A stretch of DNA of 64,000 nucleotides from Anaerolineales bacterium (GTDB taxonomy: Bacteria; Chloroflexota; Anaerolineae; Anaerolineales; UBA11657). The number at the start of each line of letters is the position of its first letter. Position 1 is the stretch's first letter. Location: assembly GCA_022450585.1 (NCBI GenBank), contig JAKUPR010000005.1:2141-66140 (forward strand). Direction: 5' to 3'. This document shows positions 58,618 through 64,000 of this stretch, piece by piece. The translations under genes and the position numbers were made by a program. Under the pieces are notes generated by a model that had not been told where the DNA came from, made no database searches, and worked only from the letters and a program-made list of their open reading frames with translations.

Positions 58618-59564
58618 AGTTTCTTCGCTTTCAGTCCACTTAACCACTCAACTGTTTCTCGGATACCTGAATTAAGATTGCCACGATAAGAGAAACCTAG
58701 GGCTCGAATCTTGCTGTCATCAACATGATATGACACCTGATTGAGAAGCCGTGTCCTAGTGTATTCTATCTCCGCGGCCGGAAAGTTGCTGCGTACCTCG
58801 TTTATTATCTGATCGATTGTGGAATTCAGGGTAACCACATTATAAATCTGCCCAGTCGTTTCTGGACGACTCAGAACAAATTCAATAGCCGCCACGCCAT
58901 CCTCCAATGCAAGATAAGGGCGCACTAGGTCAACTGCTTCTGACCACACCGTGAACGATCTCCCGGTAGCGGCATAGAAGATAAATTTGTTTACTGCAGT
59001 GTGAAAACGCATGCCAATACTTGGACCAAAAATAGTTCCCAGACGCAGGATCACGCCCCGGATATCGCCTCTCTCAGTTGCAGAAATAACTTCTTCCTCG
59101 GCAGCCAATTTACTGGTAGCGTATGGGCTTTGTGGCTTAAGGTCGCTTCGATCGCAATCCTCTCGCGCAATACCACTCACAGGGCCATACACGCTGGTAG
59201 TGGAAGGGAAAACCAGAGACTTTACACCATGCTGAATACATGATTGAAGCACATTCTTAGTCCCTCCAAGATTCACGGATTGCACCTGCTCTGAGATATC
59301 GAAGCTCCCTTCTGCATTGGTGATTGCCGCTAAATGCACCACAGAATCCACATCGCTCATAGCCCGGGAGAGATCATTAGAATCCAAGATATCGCCCTTT
59401 ACGAACGTGTATTCTAGGTTTTTCGGTAGGTCAAATAAGGATGCATAACGCTGTGTGCTTAGATTATCTAGAATAGTGATTGCTCGGATCCTAGAATTGT
59501 CCGACAAATAACGTATGAGCTGAGAACCAATATGTCCAAGGCCACCAGTAACTAGAACGTGCAT
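58614..59564 (-). CDS. NAD-dependent sugar epimerase/dehydratase (extended SDR)
   Basis: Motifs MHVLVTGGLGHIGSQLIRYL and YATSKLAAE (YxxxK) are present. Confidence 0.85.
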   Translation of the reverse strand: MHVLVTGGLGHIGSQLIRYLSDNSRIRAITILDNLSTQRYASLFDLPKNLEYTFVKGDILDSNDLSRAMSDVDSVVHLAAITNAEGSFDISEQVQSVNLGGTKNVLQSCIQHGVKSLVFPSTTSVYGPVSGIAREDCDRSDLKPQSPYATSKLAAEEEVISATERGDIRGVILRLGTIFGPSIGMRFHTAVNKFIFYAATGRSFTVWSEAVDLVRPYLALEDGVAAIEFVLSRPETTGQIYNVVTLNSTIDQIINEVRSNFPAAEIEYTRTRLLNQVSYHVDDSKIRALGFSYRGNLNSGIRETVEWLSGLKAKKL

Positions 59565-59570
59565 AAAAAC

Positions 59571-60614
59571 TTATTCATTATTATGATAATAGCGTACTGT
59601 CTCCTGCATCCCCTCATCCAAACTGACTAACGCTTGCCAACCTAAATCAGATTGAATCTGCGAACTATCGATAATGACGTCGCCAACATCGATCCGTTTG
59701 CGATCATCGGGCCAAACAACTTGCGTAACACTTCCAGTACCACTAGCAGCCACTATTCTCTGAGCAAGATCCCTAACACTAACAGACCGTTCATTGCCTG
59801 CAAACCAAACACGCCCTCGTAAATCTGTCTGAGCCGCTAGCGCAAGAGCTGTGATCGCATCTTGCACATAAAGCACGCTGCGCAACTGGTCCCCATCACC
59901 AAATATAGTAAGACACTGGTCATCCAGAGCAAGGCCAAAAAAGAAATTAATAAAACCGAAATCCGGGCTGTTTATATTCGCACGAGGACCATATACATTA
60001 GGAAGACGTACTGAATTTACTGCCATGTCATATGCCCTAGCATAAATAAGGCAATAATACTCTGCTGCAGCCTTGTTAGCTGAGTAGATGTCCACAGGAG
60101 CAACCGGATGACCCTCAGTGATGGGTTCCATGATCATAGGACCAATTTGCGTGCTGGTACCTACATAAACCATCTGCGCTGCGGGCTGAAACCTACGCAG
60201 TGCCTCTAGAACATTAAGGGTGCCTATACAATTCACAGAAACATCCCGTTGCGGGTCACGCATTGAATACGGGTGGGAAGTATGCGCAGCACAGTGGAAG
60301 AGATATGAGGCATTTTGCACTACTGAGGCCATTACGTCGAATTCGCAAATGTCTGCAGAAACCAATTCTACACAATCATCAATGCCATTCAAATTGGCAA
60401 TGTCACCCCCAGAGCGAGGGTCAAGCGAATCGACAATGGTAACATCAGCACCGCCCCCAACAAGGGAGTGTGCCAGATTACTGCCAATGAAACCTAATCC
60501 TCCTGTTACAACGACACGTTTTCCCGCGAATACCTCAAAGATCTTGCTGCTCACCAATACTCTCCTTAAGACCCTCATGATAGAACTGAATGGTCTTCCG
60601 CAAACCATCTGCAA
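59571..60614 (-). CDS. NAD-dependent sugar epimerase/dehydratase (extended SDR)
   Basis: Motifs VVVTGGLGFIGSNLAHSL and YSANKAAAE are present. The start is uncertain. In-frame TTG or GTG codons at 60557 and 60554 would reduce the 80-nt overlap with the upstream gene. Confidence 0.82.
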   Translation of the reverse strand: MQMVCGRPFSSIMRVLRRVLVSSKIFEVFAGKRVVVTGGLGFIGSNLAHSLVGGGADVTIVDSLDPRSGGDIANLNGIDDCVELVSADICEFDVMASVVQNASYLFHCAAHTSHPYSMRDPQRDVSVNCIGTLNVLEALRRFQPAAQMVYVGTSTQIGPMIMEPITEGHPVAPVDIYSANKAAAEYYCLIYARAYDMAVNSVRLPNVYGPRANINSPDFGFINFFFGLALDDQCLTIFGDGDQLRSVLYVQDAITALALAAQTDLRGRVWFAGNERSVSVRDLAQRIVAASGTGSVTQVVWPDDRKRIDVGDVIIDSSQIQSDLGWQALVSLDEGMQETVRYYHNNE

Positions 60615-61557
60615 AACTTACTCGGGGAAACCAGCCCGTTTCCATACGCAATTTTCTATTGTCAGCTATGAAATCACCAACATCCATCTTCTCCTCATCA
60701 CTTGGAAATGGTACTCTTTGGATTTCAGACTTTACTCCAACCACATCATGTACTGCATCCACAATCTGGGCTACCATCTCTTGAAACTGCAGCCCAATAC
60801 CTGACCCGAACACATAGGCTCTCCCAACCGCGCGCGGTGATGACGCAACTAGCAACAGTGCATCCACTACATTCTGCACATATGAGTAGTCTCGCACAAA
60901 ATCTCCTGGCTCGTAAATGGTCAACGGGCTACCGGTCATCGCACGCCACAGCATAAAATTAAGTATGCCCCTTCGCGGATTGTTCACCTGTTGGCGTTCT
61001 CCAAACACATTCGCAAGACGCAGCATACTAGTTTTCAGACCATAGTTCTGATGATATACGTATAGGTACTTCTCGCAGGTAAGCTTATGGGCGTCGTACA
61101 GAGTAAGTGGCCAATCCGGATGATTCTCCGCTACCGGCACTGCGGCGACACGACCCGCTTGCGTAACTGTGCCAGGAACGACTATGGAAGCGCTAGGACA
61201 CAACAAACGACAAGCTTCCAACAGCGCCAACGTAACACCACAATTATCCTGCAAATCCTGCAGCGGAGATTCCATAGAGTGCAGGTGACTGGTCTGAGCA
61301 GCAAGATGAAAGACGTAATCATGCCCCGGAAGGATATTTCTCAAGGAGGCAACGGAAGAAGTCGAAGTGCTCAAATCAACTCTTTTCACACTGAGGAGCT
61401 TCTTCACAGATAAAATATTCTCCTCTTTTTTCATTGAGCGCGTCAACACAGTAACGTTACAACCCATAGAGAGACAGCGCAATGCCAAATTACTCCCGAT
61501 GAAACCTAGTCCACCAGTAATGAGTACACGGCTCCCCTTAATTGCCGAAAAATCCAT
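60535..61557 (-). CDS. NAD-dependent sugar epimerase/dehydratase (extended SDR)
   Basis: Motifs VLITGGLGFIGSNLALR and YDAHKLTCE are present. Confidence 0.85.
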   Translation of the reverse strand: MDFSAIKGSRVLITGGLGFIGSNLALRCLSMGCNVTVLTRSMKKEENILSVKKLLSVKRVDLSTSTSSVASLRNILPGHDYVFHLAAQTSHLHSMESPLQDLQDNCGVTLALLEACRLLCPSASIVVPGTVTQAGRVAAVPVAENHPDWPLTLYDAHKLTCEKYLYVYHQNYGLKTSMLRLANVFGERQQVNNPRRGILNFMLWRAMTGSPLTIYEPGDFVRDYSYVQNVVDALLLVASSPRAVGRAYVFGSGIGLQFQEMVAQIVDAVHDVVGVKSEIQRVPFPSDEEKMDVGDFIADNRKLRMETGWFPRVSFADGLRKTIQFYHEGLKESIGEQQDL

Positions 61558-61583
61558 AAACTTCAGATCTCACCTGCTCCGTT

Positions 61584-62822
61584 TCATATAATACGCGCCA
61601 TGGGAATATGAGTAATAAAGCGACCACCATGTTCTCGGAAAACATGCTCCTTAATAGATATTTCATTCAAATGATTCCATGCGAGCAGGAAAGCATAATC
61701 TGGGTAATCTGCAGCAAAACGATCAATCGATACTACCGGTATATGGGTACCAGGGGTAAAAAGACCTTCTTTCGAAGGTGTATTGTCGCAGACAAATTCC
61801 AACAAATCGGGTCCAATACCACAGTAGTTAAGAATAACCGTACCCTTTGAAGAAGCAGCGTAACCAACCAGTCGAGCGCCTTCTCCCTGTAAGCTCCCCA
61901 ATAAATCTCTTAGCGAGTCTCGCGATTGCTCGACGCGTGCTGCAAAGGCTGAATAGGTATCCAGGGAATCCAGACCATGTTCATTTTCCAGAGTAAGTTG
62001 AGATCTCACCGATGGCTCTTCACGACGACTGCATGCCACCTTGCAACCATACACGCGCATTGACCCCCCGTGCACTGCAATCGGATCAACACGGAAGATA
62101 CGTAAACCATGCTTTTCAAATAAACGCTTTAATGACGAGACAGAAAAGTAATATACGTGCTCGTCATAAATCTGATCATAGGCCAGCTGCGCCATGATTT
62201 CTAGCCAGTAGGGATCCTCAAAAACAAATACGCCTTCCTCATCCAGCAGTGCCTCTAGGGCACGAGCTACGCCGTTCAGGTCCGGAATATGACAGAGAAC
62301 ATTCGCGCCAACCACCAGCTGCGCCGGTCCATGCTCAGCACGCAGAGTACCCGCTAATTCCACGTTGAAGAACTCTGAAATCACATTTAGTCCTTTATCT
62401 CGGGCAGCAGCAGCCACGTTGGCGGATGGCTCAATGCCAATAGCATTTGCATTATGACTGACAAGTTTTTGTAACAGGATTCCGTCGTTGGCGCCGATTT
62501 CCACAATTGGCAATGAAGCATCGTACAAAATCTCTTCGCCAATGATTGTTGACAATTCAGAGAAGTGCTCATCCATCACCTGCGAGATTGAAGAAAAATA
62601 AGCATAGTTGCCATGGAAAAGCATGTCTGGTTCAACAACTTCCATCAATTGAACCATCCGACACGAAACACAAAACCCGCACCGCAGTCTAAAGGTATAT
62701 TCCGGTTCCGAGAGTTGTGCATGCGTGAGAAAAGAGTTGGCAATAGGCATTTTCCCTAAGTCAAGGAACGGATGCAAAGACATACCGTCGCAGATACGGC
62801 ATCTTATTGACAATGTAGACAT
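61584..62822 (-). CDS. NDP-hexose C-methyltransferase (TylCIII/NovU-like: Zn-ribbon + SAM MTase + C-methyltransferase C-terminal domain)
   Basis: The N-terminal motif is CRICDGMSLHPFLDLGKMPIANSF, with a second Cys pair, CGFCVSC. The SAM motif is VEIGANDG. Length is 412 aa. Confidence 0.8.
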   Translation of the reverse strand: MSTLSIRCRICDGMSLHPFLDLGKMPIANSFLTHAQLSEPEYTFRLRCGFCVSCRMVQLMEVVEPDMLFHGNYAYFSSISQVMDEHFSELSTIIGEEILYDASLPIVEIGANDGILLQKLVSHNANAIGIEPSANVAAAARDKGLNVISEFFNVELAGTLRAEHGPAQLVVGANVLCHIPDLNGVARALEALLDEEGVFVFEDPYWLEIMAQLAYDQIYDEHVYYFSVSSLKRLFEKHGLRIFRVDPIAVHGGSMRVYGCKVACSRREEPSVRSQLTLENEHGLDSLDTYSAFAARVEQSRDSLRDLLGSLQGEGARLVGYAASSKGTVILNYCGIGPDLLEFVCDNTPSKEGLFTPGTHIPVVSIDRFAADYPDYAFLLAWNHLNEISIKEHVFREHGGRFITHIPMARII

Positions 62823-62935
62823 ATTAATCCTTTCATCTTACCTTTTCTGAAGATCGGCAAATTAGCTCACACATTGCCACTAGGCCAACACAAAATCAGA
62901 GATATAATCAGTTTGCCGCATGTGTGCATCACTTT

Positions 62936-64000
62936 TCAATTTTTCAGGTTCTCCCACTCCTGAATATGTCTCGCTACCCTATCCACAGCGGCGAGAGACA
63001 ATTCCGGATATATAGGCAAGCTTAGAATTTCTCCCGCTACATAATCGGTATGGGTTAGATCCCCGAAGGTATGTACCCGCCCAGCATAAGCAGGTTGCCT
63101 ATGTACCGGCACTGGATAATGAACAGCGCTGCCTATACCATAGTCACTCAGATAATCACCGAGTATATCGCGCTGCACGGTTCTAATCACAAACTGATGA
63201 TACACATGTTGAGCATTGAAGCGTATGATCGGGAGACAAATCTGTGCCTGATTCAGTAGTTCCTCATAGCGCCGCGCGAGCAACGCGCGTCGCTCATTAT
63301 CAGAATTCAGATGATGCAATTTTGCACGCAGGATGGCAGCCTGTAAAGAATCAAGACGACTGTTGAATCCTGGAATTTCACTGACATGCCTTTTACGCCA
63401 TCCATACTCACGCAATTCACGTACCCTTGCCAATAAATTCGCGTCGGAACTCACAACTGCTCCGCCATCACCCAATGCGCCAAGATTCTTGGTGGGATAG
63501 AAACTAAAAGCAGCTATATGACCCCATGTCCCCACACTACGCCCATCAATTTTAGCGCCATGAGCCTGGGCACAATCTTCAACAACGTAGACTCCGTGCT
63601 TTTGTGATATCTCGCAAATAGCAGGCATGTCGGCCGGGTGGCCGTATAAATGCACCGGTACCACAGCACGCGGACGCCCAACAGGATGGTCTCGCAGGGC
63701 TTCCTGTAAACTAGAGCAATCCATAGTATAACTTTTCGGGTCAATGTCAAGAAGAACAGGGGTTGCCCCAGTCAGTTCAATGGCCGCCATAGTAGCCACC
63801 GCCGTATGTGATACAGTGAATACTAGGTCACCAACGCCTACACCACAGGCGCGCAGGGCCATTTCGAGAGCATCTGTACCCGATGCTACAGCAACTGTAT
63901 GCGCAGCGCCCACAAAATCGGCGAACTCACGCTCAAAGAACTCCACTTCTTCCCCTAATATGTATTGTCCGCTTTCCAGTACTCGCTGGACTGCCATATC
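62936..64000 (-). CDS. DegT/DnrJ/EryC1/StrS-family sugar aminotransferase, N-terminus beyond the window edge
   Basis: Motifs VLESGQYILGEEVEFFEREFADF and FSFYPTKNLGALGDGGAV (PLP-Lys region) are present. The frame stays open through base 64000. Confidence 0.88.
   Translation of the reverse strand, partial: DMAVQRVLESGQYILGEEVEFFEREFADFVGAAHTVAVASGTDALEMALRACGVGVGDLVFTVSHTAVATMAAIELTGATPVLLDIDPKSYTMDCSSLQEALRDHPVGRPRAVVPVHLYGHPADMPAICEISQKHGVYVVEDCAQAHGAKIDGRSVGTWGHIAAFSFYPTKNLGALGDGGAVVSSDANLLARVRELREYGWRKRHVSEIPGFNSRLDSLQAAILRAKLHHLNSDNERRALLARRYEELLNQAQICLPIIRFNAQHVYHQFVIRTVQRDILGDYLSDYGIGSAVHYPVPVHRQPAYAGRVHTFGDLTHTDYVAGEILSLPIYPELSLAAVDRVARHIQEWENLKN

Noticed and set aside
1-64000. I searched for CRISPR arrays, tRNA or rRNA genes, transposases, integrases, toxin-antitoxin pairs and known defence-system signatures.
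   Set aside because: By eye I found no spaced direct repeats, no cloverleaf-like sequences in the intergenic gaps, and no ORFs with recombinase, nuclease or defence-type motifs. The window appears to be core chromosome plus glycan islands.

Overview
This 64-kb chromosomal window has about 55 protein-coding genes, mostly on the minus strand. I found no rRNA, tRNA, CRISPR, transposase, integrase, prophage or recognisable defence genes. It looks like core genome with two glycan-biosynthesis islands. Fused NuoCD, PSP1/RicT, many Thr/Pro-linker lipoproteins, several GT-C/GT39-like glycosyltransferases and TolB-like propellers suggest a Chloroflexota-like organism (inference only). Blocks from left to right: (1) 1-3.1 kb holds a truncated GT-C glycosyltransferase and rimO. 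(2) 3.2-10.1 kb is an Fe-S-themed neighbourhood: ricT, a Cys-less Mrp/NBP35 ATPase coupled to a small CxxC-x10-CxxC protein, a stand-alone complex I Q-module operon (nuoB, fused nuoCD, nuoI), and a divergent SufR-like regulator with an A-type Fe-S carrier. (3) 10-16 kb holds an SH3b protein, a GT-C paralog and an Fe(III)-type ABC importer with no binding-protein gene. (4) 16-28 kb is cell-wall related: PBP1A, two methyltransferases including ubiE/menG, three M23 peptidases, an unknown lipoprotein, an AI-2E transporter and a LysM glycosidase. (5) 28.5-33.3 kb is a putative copper-handling operon that includes a CopC-CopD-YtkA-cytochrome c fusion. (6) 33.7-40.6 kb holds a 1015-aa BNR/Asp-box lipoprotein, hom and acnA. 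(7) 40.8-49.3 kb is an exopolysaccharide cluster: rmlA/B/D but no rmlC, a degenerate BY-kinase, two CapA/Wzz-like proteins, GT4, two GT2, and an embedded rnhB. (8) 49.4-54 kb is housekeeping (dcd, argS). (9) 54-64 kb is a modified-sugar cluster: a GT-C-like membrane protein, DUF5989, FAD oxidoreductase, methyltransferase, three SDR epimerase/dehydratases, a sugar C-methyltransferase and a DegT aminotransferase. Nothing here is clearly a novel system. The best candidates are the Q-module/Mrp/CxxC/SufR neighbourhood, the copper fusion operon, the degenerate BY-kinase module, and an untracked 56-aa ORF coupled to DUF5989. The ORF track uses GTG/TTG starts and longest ORFs, so I shortened several starts where an ATGA overlap or a signal peptide supports a downstream start.
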